Source: an uncultured Rhodospirillaceae bacterium (GTDB taxonomy: Bacteria > Pseudomonadota > Alphaproteobacteria > Dongiales > Dongiaceae). From it: DNA of 64,000 nucleotides. Positions 30,210 to 40,169 of this stretch are shown here, piece by piece. The notes under the pieces are model-generated. The model ran no database searches. It worked only from the letters and a program-made list of their open reading frames with translations, and was not told the origin of the DNA. Both the position numbers and the translations under genes were made by a program. Position 1 is the stretch's first letter. Each line of letters starts with the position of its first letter. The stretch is taken from NCBI GenBank assembly GCA_964415425.1, contig CAYQAG010000002.1, positions 32,177 through 96,176 of the forward strand, given 5' to 3'.

Positions 30210-31529
30210 ATGCAGACGCATTTCACTCTGGCGCAATTGGCCGAACCCGACCTCGCCGAGGCGGATCGAATTTTACGCGCCTGCGTGCATTGCGGTTTCT
30301 GCCTGCCGACCTGTCCGACCTATGTGCTGACGGGGGACGAGCGCGACAGCCCGCGCGGCCGCATCTATCTCGCCAAATCCTTTCTGGAATCCTCGACCGC
30401 GCCCGATCCCGTCCTCGCGCATCATCTCGATCGCTGCTTGAATTGCCTAGCCTGCATGAGCGCCTGCCCGTCGGGCGTCGATTATCATCACTTGGCGGAG
30501 ATTGCGCGACTGCGCCTCGCCAAGGCGGATCCGCGCTCCTGGCCGCGCCGTCTCTTGCGCCTTGCGCTCGGCTATCTTCTGCCGCGACCGCATCTCTTTC
30601 GCTTGGGCCTCGGCGCGGCGAAGATCGCGTCGTCGCTCCGCTGCGGATTCCTCTTGCCGAGATCCTGGCGCGGGCAGATCGCGGCGATGGCTCGCCGCTC
30701 GTCGCCGCCGGAAGCGCGATCGCCGTCGGCGCCGAGAGCGCCGATCGCGGCATCGCGCCGGGTCATTCTATTGGGCGGCTGCGTGCAATCGGTGTTGCGG
30801 CCCGAGATCGATCGCGCTGCCCGCAATCTGCTGGCGCGATGCGGGATCGAAGTCGTCAGGGTCCGGGAAAGCGGGTGCTGCGGCGCGCTCTCCCTTCATC
30901 TCGGCGCCGAAGCGGCGGCGTTGGATTTCGCGCGCCGAACCATCGCCGCTTGCCAAGCCGCGATGCGCGGCGGCGAGGTCGAGGCGATTCTGATCACGGC
31001 CTCGGGCTGCGGTTCGACGGTCAAGGATTACGGCCATCTTTTCCGCGCCGATCCGGAATGGCGCGAAGCGGCGGCCGAGATTGCCGGTCTTACGCGCGAT
31101 ATCGGCGAATATCTCGCCGGGATCGCCTTGCCGAATATCGCGCCCGATCGACCGCGCCTTAGAATCGCTTATCACAGCGCCTGCTCGCTGCAGCATGGGC
31201 AGAAGATCGCGTCGCAGCCGGTCGATCTCCTGCGCCGAGCGGGCTTCGACGTTATTTCCATCGCCGAAGGCCATCTCTGCTGCGGTTCGGCGGGAAGCTA
31301 TAACCTGCTCGAACCCGAACTTGCCGGAAGGTTGAAGGCTCGCAAATTGGCGAATATCGACAAAATCGCGCCCGATCTCGTTGCCGCCGGCAATATCGGC
31401 TGCCTCGAACATCTGGCGGCGGGCAGCGATCTTCCTTTCCTGCATAGCGTCGAATTGCTCGATTGGGCGACAGGCGGCGAAAGGCCGAGCGCCTTGCGGG
31501 CCAAGGCGGAAGGGAGGATGCGATCATGA
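30210..31529 (+). CDS. glcF: Glycolate oxidase iron-sulfur subunit GlcF
   Basis: CVHCGFCLPTCPTY, DSPRGRIYL, CLNCLACMSACPSGV, CCG domains (GCCGAL; HLCCGSAGSYN). Confidence 0.93.
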   Translation: MQTHFTLAQLAEPDLAEADRILRACVHCGFCLPTCPTYVLTGDERDSPRGRIYLAKSFLESSTAPDPVLAHHLDRCLNCLACMSACPSGVDYHHLAEIARLRLAKADPRSWPRRLLRLALGYLLPRPHLFRLGLGAAKIASSLRCGFLLPRSWRGQIAAMARRSSPPEARSPSAPRAPIAASRRVILLGGCVQSVLRPEIDRAARNLLARCGIEVVRVRESGCCGALSLHLGAEAAALDFARRTIAACQAAMRGGEVEAILITASGCGSTVKDYGHLFRADPEWREAAAEIAGLTRDIGEYLAGIALPNIAPDRPRLRIAYHSACSLQHGQKIASQPVDLLRRAGFDVISIAEGHLCCGSAGSYNLLEPELAGRLKARKLANIDKIAPDLVAAGNIGCLEHLAAGSDLPFLHSVELLDWATGGERPSALRAKAEGRMRS

Positions 31530-32080
31530 TGCGGATGGCGATCTTGGCCGGCGCGGCCGGTCTCGCGCTCTTCATCGGCGGGGCGACGGCCGATCAGAAG
31601 GACGAGCGTTTGCCGGCCTTCTTTCTGGCGCTTCGCGATGCGCCCAATCCGCTCGTCGCGCAGCAGGCGGAAATGGCGATCTGGTCGATTTGGGCGGAAA
31701 CGGGCGATCCCGCGCTCGATCGCATCCTCGCCGAAGGCATCGCCGCCATGGCGGAGCGCCGGTTTTCCACGGCGCTCGCGCGCTTCGACGATCTCATCCG
31801 CCGCCGGCCCGATTTCGCCGAGGGCTGGAACAAGCGCGCGACGCTTTATTATCTGATGCAGGATTATCCGGCTTCGCTCGCCGATATCGATCGCACGCTG
31901 GAATTGGAGCCGCGTCATTTCGGGGCGCTGGCCGGGCTCGGCCTCGTCAATGCCGCCTTGGGCCGCGATGCGGCGGCGCTCGATGCCTTCGAGCGCGTGC
32001 TGCACCTCTATCCCCTCGACAATACCGCCCGCGTCAATCGCGCCGTCGTCAAGAAACGGCTCGACGAGAAATCGCTCTAA
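31526..32080 (+). CDS. Exported TPR-repeat protein
   Basis: Signal peptide; PDFAEGWNKRATLYY, SLADI..TLELEPRHFGALAGLG. Confidence 0.85.
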   Translation: MMRMAILAGAAGLALFIGGATADQKDERLPAFFLALRDAPNPLVAQQAEMAIWSIWAETGDPALDRILAEGIAAMAERRFSTALARFDDLIRRRPDFAEGWNKRATLYYLMQDYPASLADIDRTLELEPRHFGALAGLGLVNAALGRDAAALDAFERVLHLYPLDNTARVNRAVVKKRLDEKSL

Positions 32081-34102
32081 TCAGGCATGAGCGATTTCGA
32101 TTTCGATGCCGTGTATGGCCGAGCTTTCCGCCATATCCGCCTTGGCGCCGGGATTGAGCGCGTTCACATTGGCGCGCTGCGGATCGAGCTTCGGCCAGCG
32201 GCTTTTATGCGCCAAGGCGGTTCCATCGGGCAGAATGTCGGCGATTTCGGCGATCATGATCAGGCTTCCGGTCGCATTGCCGACAAGCAGGCGATCGCCC
32301 GAAGCGATTCTGCGCCGCGCGGCTTCGCGCGCATTGAGGATGAGGCGTTCGGGGCCGAGCTTTCGCGCGATGCCGGGATCGGCGTGATAGCTGGAATTCA
32401 TCAGCCAGGGGCTGGCGGGCGATAGCAAGCGCAGCTTGCCGGGCTGAGGCCTCGGATCGGGGGCGGATTGCGGCAGGCGCGGATAGCCGCGCATCTGGGC
32501 GCGTTCGCTCGCGATCTCGATCTTCCCCGAGGGCGTCGGAAAGCGGAGATCGGGAAATTGAATCCCGATCTCGGCGCGATGCGGGATCGTGCCGCGTGCG
32601 CGCAATTCGGCGAAATCGGCAAGGCCCGCCTGCCGGCAAAGCCGGTCGAGCATGGCGGCATCGCTTTCGAAAAGTTCGGGATCGCGGAAATCCATGGCTT
32701 GCGCCAAACGGCGAAAGATTTCCTGATTGGGCAAGGCTTCGCCCATCGGCGGCAAAGCGGCGATCTGCGGCGAAAGGGTGAGGTCGAAATAAGAAAGCAC
32801 GAGGTCGTCGAATTCCAGGAAACTCGCGGCGGGAAGAACGATATCCGCGCAATCGACCGTATCGGTCGCGAAGCTGTCGATCGCGACATGGAAGAGATCC
32901 TCGCGTTCGAGGCCCTGACGCAATCGCCGCTGCTCGGGGTTGGAAGCAGCGACATTGATATTCCAGGTGACGAAGGCGCGCGCCGCTTCGGGGTTTTCGA
33001 GATGGCCGGCGAGATCCATATGGCTGAGGCGCGGCTTGGAATCTTTCCGCAGATGCGCGGCTTCCAGATAATCGCCGTCGATGCCGCGATGCCGGGCACC
33101 GTTGAGGAACAGCAATCCGGCACCGGGCTTGCTGAAATTTCCCGTCGCCGCCGGCAGCATGGCGATGGCGCGGAAAATGTTGCCGCCTTGGGGCTGGCGC
33201 TGCAATCCCTGGCCGAGCCATATCAAGGCGGGGCCGGCGCCATAGAGTTGCGCTGCCCGTTCGATATCGGCCGGGTCCAGCCCGGTCGCGGCGGAAGCCC
33301 AGGCGGGGTTTGCGCGGGCGATGGCGGGCGCGATCTCGTCCCAGCCCAGCACATGATCGGCGATGAAGCGGCGATCGAGTTTTCCCGCGCGATCGAGAAT
33401 ATGCAGCAAAGCGAAGGCGAGGGCGGCATCGCTGCCCGGGAAAAGCTGCAGATGCAAATCCGCCGCCGCTGCCGTTTCGTGACGCACGGGATCGATGACG
33501 ACGACCTTGCCCGGACTTTCCTTCAGCCAATGTTTATGCCGATGCGGCGCACTGGCGGAAGGATTGGCGCCCCAGACGAAGAGGCTCGCGGCCGATGCGG
33601 CCGTGCGCGGATCGAAGCCGCAATCGGAAAGACCGAGGGTGAGATCGAGCGCCTCATGTCCCGCCGCGTTGCAGATGGAATCGGGCTCGATCTCGCCGGC
33701 GCCCAGGCGATTGAAGAAACGTTGCGGGAAACCGCCGGCCAAGAGCGAGCAGGTGCCGGTATAATGGGCATGCCAGATCGTGCCGGCGCCGTGGCGGTCG
33801 GCGATGTCGCGCCAGCGCGCCGCGATCTCGCCGAGCGCTTCCGCCCAGGAGATGGCGACGAAATCGCCGCTGCCCTTCGGCCCGCGCCGCCGCAAGGGCT
33901 GGGTTAGGCGTCTCTCGGGGTCGAGAAAGGCGCCGTTATAGGCGATCGCGCATTTGCCGCAGAGCGCGCCGCGCGCGACCGGATGATCGGGATCGCCGAG
34001 AATCTTCACGCGGCCGTCTTCGGCCTTGACCACGGCGATCCCGCAGGCATCGTAGCAATCGCGCGGGCAGGTGGTACGGATGATCGTTTTTTCCGTTGCC
34101 AC
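32081..34102 (-). CDS. Molybdopterin (bis-PGD)-dependent oxidoreductase, YoaE-like
   Basis: TCPRDCYDACG...CGKC Fe-S motif, WGANP, VIDP, PGSDAALA, ADIVLPAA, C-terminal molydop-binding domain. GTG start. Confidence 0.85.
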   Translation of the reverse strand: MATEKTIIRTTCPRDCYDACGIAVVKAEDGRVKILGDPDHPVARGALCGKCAIAYNGAFLDPERRLTQPLRRRGPKGSGDFVAISWAEALGEIAARWRDIADRHGAGTIWHAHYTGTCSLLAGGFPQRFFNRLGAGEIEPDSICNAAGHEALDLTLGLSDCGFDPRTAASAASLFVWGANPSASAPHRHKHWLKESPGKVVVIDPVRHETAAAADLHLQLFPGSDAALAFALLHILDRAGKLDRRFIADHVLGWDEIAPAIARANPAWASAATGLDPADIERAAQLYGAGPALIWLGQGLQRQPQGGNIFRAIAMLPAATGNFSKPGAGLLFLNGARHRGIDGDYLEAAHLRKDSKPRLSHMDLAGHLENPEAARAFVTWNINVAASNPEQRRLRQGLEREDLFHVAIDSFATDTVDCADIVLPAASFLEFDDLVLSYFDLTLSPQIAALPPMGEALPNQEIFRRLAQAMDFRDPELFESDAAMLDRLCRQAGLADFAELRARGTIPHRAEIGIQFPDLRFPTPSGKIEIASERAQMRGYPRLPQSAPDPRPQPGKLRLLSPASPWLMNSSYHADPGIARKLGPERLILNAREAARRRIASGDRLLVGNATGSLIMIAEIADILPDGTALAHKSRWPKLDPQRANVNALNPGAKADMAESSAIHGIEIEIAHA

Positions 34103-34156
34103 CCGCCTCACCGCGACATGGGCAAGATTGGGATTCCGACTCTCGGATGCCCGACC

Positions 34157-36202
34157 TCAGAAGACGATAATGTTATTCGCCAACAAGGGGCTGTTGGAAT
34201 CGACGGCAAGAATTTTGACGAAATCCATGAAGCCGCCTTGCCCATCATCGATCTGAATGATCGAGTTCTGGCCATTCGCCGGATCGGCGATAATCTGATA
34301 TCCGGTGACAACGGTGCCATCCAGGAATATATGATCGCCTGCCGAGAAATCGGTGATGATGTCGGTATAACCGACATTGTCGAACCAGAAATAGAAATCG
34401 TCATTACCGGCTCCGCCGGTCAAGATATCGTCGCCGTCCCAGCCGTCGAAATACTCGTCGCCGGCCCCGCCGATCAGGATATCGTCGCCGGAAAGCCCGT
34501 TGAGTTCATTGTTGCCGCCGCCTCCGGCGATCGTATCGTTGCCGTCCCCGCCATTGATGATATCGTCGCCGGCACCGAAGACGTAAGTCCCGCCGAAATC
34601 GTCGAGCGAGACGCCTCCATAATATTCCATCGTCTCGAACGAGTCTTGATTGAGGCTATTCTCGGCTTCGAGTTGAGCGTAAGTCGCAGAATCGACGGCG
34701 AAGTCGAATCTGGCAATATCCGTTCCGGCGCCGGGAATATTGACTTCCCGGAATTCGCCGGCTGACAGGAAGGAAAAGGTATCGTTGCCGGCACCGCCAA
34801 TTAGGATATCCCGGCCCTCTCCGCCGCCTAGAAAGTCGTTATTCGTGCCGCCGATCAGGATGTCATTGCCGGCGCCGCCGAGAAAGCCTGTGCTGGGCGA
34901 TAGGGCCATTCTGGCAATCATCACATCGTCGAAGGCCGAGCCGATGACGATCTCGACGCTCAGTAAGCGATCCATGCCCTTGTCGCCATCGGCGGTGACG
35001 TTGAATTTCGTCGGTGTCGAAGCGTCGATATTGAAATCGACAACGATGCCGCTTTTGGCCTTGCTGTAATCGGCCGTATCGATTCCGCCGCCGCCATCGA
35101 GGACATCCTTGCCGGCGCCGCCGATCAGCGTGTCGTTGCCGCCGCCGCCGGTCAGAGTGTTTGCGCCGCTATTGCCGGTCAGGATATTGGGATTCGCATC
35201 TCCCGTGGCATTGATATTGGCCTTGCCGAGCAGAGTCAGATTCTCGATTCCCGAATTTACTAGCCCGATGGCCTTGCCTTTCAGGGCGGTATCCGCAGCG
35301 ATTTGCACCGCCGTCAGATCAAGGCGCAAGCTAAGCGTGGCACTGCGCCCTTCATCGAGCCCGGCGAAATCGCTGGCCGTATCGCCGATGCTGTCGAGAA
35401 TGTAAATGTCGTCGCCGTCCCCACCGATCAGATTATCGTTGCCCTTGCCGCCGTCGAGAAAATCGTTGCCGTTGCCGCCATCGATCGTATCGATGCCGGT
35501 GCCGCCGATGAGGGAATTGTCGAGATCGTTGCCGGTCAGACTGACGCCGAATTTGCTGATGACCGAAACGTTTTCGATTTCCTGGCCGGCGAAGATGCCG
35601 GCGGCCAGCGTCAAGGCCGAAGAGGGCGTGCCGACCGTCCATTTGATTGTGTCGATGCCTTCGCCGGCATTTTCCACGATCGCATCCGGTATCGTGCTAA
35701 GAAGATAGGTATCGTTGCCGGTGCCGCCGATGAGCGTATCGTTGCCGCCGCCGCCGTTTAGGATATCGTTGCCGCCGCGACCTTCGAGGACGTCGTCAAA
35801 ATTCGAGCCAGTCAGCGTATCGTTGCCGGAAAGCAGAACGTTCATCAGCAGATTCTGATCGACCGGCCCGCCGCCGATTGGGTAAATGGCGGCTAGAGTC
35901 GCAGCCGGAATAGCCAGTTTGGAGATGGAGAAAGCAACGGCGCCGGTCGAATCGTAAACCTTGAATCCGGTGATCGTGCCGGCGATGGGAATGCCGTTTG
36001 CATATTCCAATCCGGTGCCGGTAAATTCGTTCTTGATCTTGCTGCCCGGCGTCGCATCCGGAATCCGCCACAGAGTCTTGCTCATATTGGCGGAAATCTG
36101 AACGGCCGCGAGCGGTTCGAGCAGGCTATTCGCGCCCCCAGTCGGTCCCATTAGACTCATGTCGAAGCCGGTCATTTTCGTGCCGGCAAGAATGGTCGCC
36201 AT
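34157..36202 (-). CDS. RTX / hemolysin-type calcium-binding protein (681 aa)
   Basis: Many GGxGxDxLx nonamers; C-terminal DIITDFSAGDHIFLDG type I secretion-like tail; GGAG RBS upstream. Confidence 0.88.
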   Translation of the reverse strand: MATILAGTKMTGFDMSLMGPTGGANSLLEPLAAVQISANMSKTLWRIPDATPGSKIKNEFTGTGLEYANGIPIAGTITGFKVYDSTGAVAFSISKLAIPAATLAAIYPIGGGPVDQNLLMNVLLSGNDTLTGSNFDDVLEGRGGNDILNGGGGNDTLIGGTGNDTYLLSTIPDAIVENAGEGIDTIKWTVGTPSSALTLAAGIFAGQEIENVSVISKFGVSLTGNDLDNSLIGGTGIDTIDGGNGNDFLDGGKGNDNLIGGDGDDIYILDSIGDTASDFAGLDEGRSATLSLRLDLTAVQIAADTALKGKAIGLVNSGIENLTLLGKANINATGDANPNILTGNSGANTLTGGGGNDTLIGGAGKDVLDGGGGIDTADYSKAKSGIVVDFNIDASTPTKFNVTADGDKGMDRLLSVEIVIGSAFDDVMIARMALSPSTGFLGGAGNDILIGGTNNDFLGGGEGRDILIGGAGNDTFSFLSAGEFREVNIPGAGTDIARFDFAVDSATYAQLEAENSLNQDSFETMEYYGGVSLDDFGGTYVFGAGDDIINGGDGNDTIAGGGGNNELNGLSGDDILIGGAGDEYFDGWDGDDILTGGAGNDDFYFWFDNVGYTDIITDFSAGDHIFLDGTVVTGYQIIADPANGQNSIIQIDDGQGGFMDFVKILAVDSNSPLLANNIIVF

Positions 36203-36360
36203 AATTTCCTCCCGCTTTTAATAGTGACGGATGGCGAAACCTATCACGATCTTAGTGAGCCGAAAAGGCCGGAAGTTCGGTATATTATAATCGATAGGCA
36301 CCAGGATTATGTTAGTTTCGCGCGGCTGACGAAACTTCGCTATCGGCTATAAGGTGCGGC

Positions 36361-37596
36361 ATGAGCGGGCGATCCTATCGGCAATTGATGGCGGATCGCG
36401 GATTTTTGGCGCTGCTCGTCACGCAATTCCTCGGCGCCTGCAACGACAATCTCTTCCGCTTCGGCATCACCTATTTCGCTATCGCCGCGGCGAACCGATC
36501 GCCGGAAGGATTTTCGGCCCAAGCCTATATCGCCCTGATCGGTATTTTGTTCATCCTGCCTTTCCTGCTTTTTTCCGGCGCCGCCGGCGCTTGGGCGGAT
36601 CGCGCGGCGAAGAGCCGGGTTCTCGTCATCGCCAAGGGGCTGGAGATTCCGGCGATGGCGATCGGCCTGCTGGCTTTCGCCATGGCCAATCTGCCGCTGA
36701 TGCTGGCGGCGCTGTTCGCCATGGCTTGGCAATCGACTTTGTTCAGCCCCGCCAAATACGCGATCCTGCCGGAAATCTTGCCCGATCGCGATCTTACGCG
36801 CGGCAATGCGCTGATCGAATTGTCGACCTTTCTCGCCATTCTGATCGGCACGATTCTGGGCGGGGCGATTTTCGAATGGCAGCGCGACGATCTCGCTATC
36901 CTCGGCGCGACGGCGCTCGCTCTCGCCGGCATCGGGTTTCTTACGAGTTTCGCGATCGCGCCGACAGCGCCGCCATCGGCTCCGCCATCCGCCGCGATTT
37001 CGCTTCTGCCCTTGGCCGGGATCGGGAGGGCCTTGCGCGACCTTTATGCCGAAAGCCCGCTTTGGCTGACGGCGCTCGGCATTTCCTGGTTTTGGTTCAT
37101 GGGCGCGCTCGCGCAAGCGACGATACCGCTATACGGAACCCGCGATCTCGGCCTCGGCGAGGCGGCGACCGGCTGGTTGCAAGCGATGATCGGCATCGGC
37201 ATCGGTTTGGGCTCGCTGCTGGCCGGGCGCTGGGCGAAGGGCGGTCTGGGCGAGGCGCTGATCGCGCCGAGTTTGGCGGGGATCGGCCTTACCGCCATGG
37301 TCCTTTGGGCGGTCGCGGATTTCGCGCCGGCCTTGATGGTCTGTCTTGCGCTCGGCGCTTTCGGCGGGCTTTATGCCGTGCCGCTGAATGCCTTGCTGCA
37401 GCGAGCCGCGCCGTCCCTCGCGCGCGGCCGCCGCATCGCCGCCAATAACGTTCTCAACATGCTGGCCGTGCTGGCGGCCAATCTCGTAGCCCTTGTCGGC
37501 GGCGGCTTGGGATTGCCGCCGGCGGCGATCCTGGCGCTGGGCGGCGGCGCTTCCCTTCTTCTCGTCAGATCCTTCCGCCAGAATAAGATCGGATAA
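36361..37596 (+). CDS. MFS transporter, LplT/Aas N-terminal-like
   Basis: TQFLGACNDNLFR, LPFLLFS..AG..AD, QSTLFSPAKYAILPE, GNALIELSTFLAIL.GT, IAANNVLN. Confidence 0.82.
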   Translation: MSGRSYRQLMADRGFLALLVTQFLGACNDNLFRFGITYFAIAAANRSPEGFSAQAYIALIGILFILPFLLFSGAAGAWADRAAKSRVLVIAKGLEIPAMAIGLLAFAMANLPLMLAALFAMAWQSTLFSPAKYAILPEILPDRDLTRGNALIELSTFLAILIGTILGGAIFEWQRDDLAILGATALALAGIGFLTSFAIAPTAPPSAPPSAAISLLPLAGIGRALRDLYAESPLWLTALGISWFWFMGALAQATIPLYGTRDLGLGEAATGWLQAMIGIGIGLGSLLAGRWAKGGLGEALIAPSLAGIGLTAMVLWAVADFAPALMVCLALGAFGGLYAVPLNALLQRAAPSLARGRRIAANNVLNMLAVLAANLVALVGGGLGLPPAAILALGGGASLLLVRSFRQNKIG

Positions 37597-37606
37597 TCGC
37601 TTGCGA

Positions 37607-38929
37607 TCAATCCGTCCGATCGAGCGGGCTGGGGGCGGAGCGATGATGATGATATTCGCCGCGCGGATCGAGTTCGGCGGCGCCCTGGCTCGCCGAGGGC
37701 ATGGGCGGCGGCACGTAATTCCCCTGTTCGGCGGGCGTCTTCGCCTTGCGGCGGAAGACGCGATAGAGCGCATAGAGGGCGATCGCCGCATAGGAAAGCG
37801 CGAGGACAAGGAACAGATGCCCGTTGCCGAAAGCGGCCATGACGAGGCCGGTTCCCGCCGGGCCCAGCGCCGCGCCTAAGCCCCAGGCGAAGAGCAGGCC
37901 GCTCGCCGCCGCCACGAAATCCGATTTTTCGATGTAATCGTTGGTTTGCCCGACGCCGAGGCCGTAAAGCGGCGAGGCCGTGGCCGTTAGCAGGAAGAAG
38001 AGCGCGACGAGGCCGCTATAGCCAAGATGCGGCCAGGCGAAGATCGCCGTTGCCGCCAGCGCCGAGATCAACGTGACGGCGATGATGACGGGGCGGCGGC
38101 CGCGACGATCGGCGATGGCGCCGATCGGGAATTGCGCGCCGAGCGCCGCGATCGTGCCGATCGAGATCAAGAGCGAAAGCTCGGCCTCGCCCATGCCGGC
38201 GCCGGCGATATAAGCGGGGAGGAGGCCGTAAAGCGCGCCGTTGAGGGCGCCCGAGCCGAAGCAACAAACGAAACCCAAGGGCGAGATCAGGAAAAGGCGC
38301 AGAATGCCGAAATGCGCACGCTCGCCGATTTCGGGATTGCCGATCCGGGTCAGTCCCAGGGGAATCATCGCGCTGGCGATCATCAAGGCGGAGAGCGCGA
38401 AAAGCGGCACGTTGACTTCGCCGCCGAACTCGACATTGAGCAGAAGCGGTGACACGCCCGATGCGCCCCAGCTCACTGCCGTATAAACCGCGAAGATGCG
38501 GCTGCGATTGGCCTCGGTCGATTTGTCGTTGAGCCAGGATTCGATCACGACGAAGGCGCCGGCGAGCGCGAAGCCGCAAGCCGCCCGCAATCCCGCCCAG
38601 GCATAGGCGTCGCCGATGACGAGATGCAGGATCGTGGCATCGGCGGCGATGACGACGAAGACGGAGAAGGCGCGGATATGGCCGACGCGATCGATGATGC
38701 GAGGCGTCATCAGCGTGCCGACGAGAAAGCCGACGGAATAGGCCGAGGCGACGATGCCGATCAGGAAGCTCGATATATTCCAGCGCGCGAGCTGGATGCC
38801 GATCAAGGGCGAGAGCAGGCCGAGCGCCGCCTCGACGAGGAGGATTCCGGCGAGAACCGGCAGGGCCGGCTGCACGGCGCGCCAGGCGCCTTGCGCGGTC
38901 GAGGATGGCGGGGCGGCGGCTTCGCTCAT
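37607..38929 (-). CDS. MFS transporter (YcaD-like)
   Basis: RVGHIRAF, FVVIESWLN, GAIADRRGRR, NDYIE...VAAASGLL. Start at MSEAAA. Confidence 0.82.
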   Translation of the reverse strand: MSEAAAPPSSTAQGAWRAVQPALPVLAGILLVEAALGLLSPLIGIQLARWNISSFLIGIVASAYSVGFLVGTLMTPRIIDRVGHIRAFSVFVVIAADATILHLVIGDAYAWAGLRAACGFALAGAFVVIESWLNDKSTEANRSRIFAVYTAVSWGASGVSPLLLNVEFGGEVNVPLFALSALMIASAMIPLGLTRIGNPEIGERAHFGILRLFLISPLGFVCCFGSGALNGALYGLLPAYIAGAGMGEAELSLLISIGTIAALGAQFPIGAIADRRGRRPVIIAVTLISALAATAIFAWPHLGYSGLVALFFLLTATASPLYGLGVGQTNDYIEKSDFVAAASGLLFAWGLGAALGPAGTGLVMAAFGNGHLFLVLALSYAAIALYALYRVFRRKAKTPAEQGNYVPPPMPSASQGAAELDPRGEYHHHRSAPSPLDRTD

Positions 38930-40098
38930 GACAGCAGGGAATCGAGGCCGCGTTTCAAAAGGCCGTCGGCGACGATCTGGCGCTGGATTTCGCTGGGGCC
39001 CTCCCAGATGCGATCGACCCGCAATTCGCGATAGAAGCGCTCCGCCACGTTCTCGCGCATGTAGCCGCGCCCGCCGAAAATCTGCACCGCGCGATCGGCG
39101 ACCCTTCCGGCCATTTCGCTCGCTGCCAATTTGACCATCGAACATTGGCCATGCGCGATCTTCGCATCGATGCCGGAATCGATGACCTCAGCCGCGCGAT
39201 AGGTCATGAGGCGCGCGCCCTGCAATTCGACGATACTGTCGGCCAGCATGAATTGCACGGCCTGCTGCGCGGCCAAGGGCTTGCCGAAGACGATGCGCGA
39301 TTTCGCGAAAGCGGCGGCCTCTTCGATCAAGCGCGAAGCCGCGCCGCAGCAGCGCGCGGCGATCATCAGCCGCTCGTGGCGGAACCAGGCGCGCGTGAAT
39401 TCCATGCCGTCGCCCTCGGCGCCGATCAGATTGGCGGCGGGAACTCGGACATCGGTCAGGCGATAGATCGGGTGGTGGGCGCGGTAATGATGCGCATAAG
39501 CGGGCGTGCGGAGAATCTCGATCCCCGGGCTATCCATATCGACGAAAAAAAGCGCATGCGCGCCGGCGCGATCGCCTGTCGTCAGCTTGGCTTGAAAAAA
39601 CATGAAATCGGCAAGATTGCCGCCGGTCACATGCCATTTTTCGCCGGAAAGACGATAATCCCCGCCCTCGCGTCGCGCCGTGGCGCGAAGGGCATCGACA
39701 TCGGATCCCGCCTCGGCCTCGGTGATGGCATAGCATTCGTGCCGCTCGTCCCGCATCAGCGGCGCGATCCAGGTTGCGATCTGATGGGCCGAGCAGGCTT
39801 CGAACATCCAGCTTTGCGCATTGTTGTAGCACCAGCCCAGCGCATTGGTGACGCGGCCGGTTTCTTCCTGAGCGATCGCCTGTTGCAATTTGCTATACCC
39901 GCGGCCGCCATGACGGCGCGGCACGTCCATATTGTCGAGGCCGATGGCGCGAGCTTCCGCCTTGATCGCCGTCCAGGTCGCTTCGGGGATCAGCCCGTCG
40001 TTCATTTCGGCATGGATTTCCCAAGGAATCAGCGATTTCGCGACGAAATCGCGAATCCGCAGGCGGAAAGCGTCGTAAGCGCGATCGGGTTCCGGCAT
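38926..40098 (-). CDS. Acyl-CoA dehydrogenase family protein
   Basis: YAITEAEAGSD, LSGEKWHVTGG, ERLMIAARCCG, QAVQFMLAD, AVQIFGGRGY, RVDRIWEGPSEIQR. Confidence 0.9.
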   Translation of the reverse strand: MPEPDRAYDAFRLRIRDFVAKSLIPWEIHAEMNDGLIPEATWTAIKAEARAIGLDNMDVPRRHGGRGYSKLQQAIAQEETGRVTNALGWCYNNAQSWMFEACSAHQIATWIAPLMRDERHECYAITEAEAGSDVDALRATARREGGDYRLSGEKWHVTGGNLADFMFFQAKLTTGDRAGAHALFFVDMDSPGIEILRTPAYAHHYRAHHPIYRLTDVRVPAANLIGAEGDGMEFTRAWFRHERLMIAARCCGAASRLIEEAAAFAKSRIVFGKPLAAQQAVQFMLADSIVELQGARLMTYRAAEVIDSGIDAKIAHGQCSMVKLAASEMAGRVADRAVQIFGGRGYMRENVAERFYRELRVDRIWEGPSEIQRQIVADGLLKRGLDSLLS

Positions 40099-40169
40099 GG
40101 CGATATCCTCGGCGGCGGGGATGCCGGCCAAGGTGAAGGCGGCGGGCCCCGTCGTCAAGATCGCTTCGA

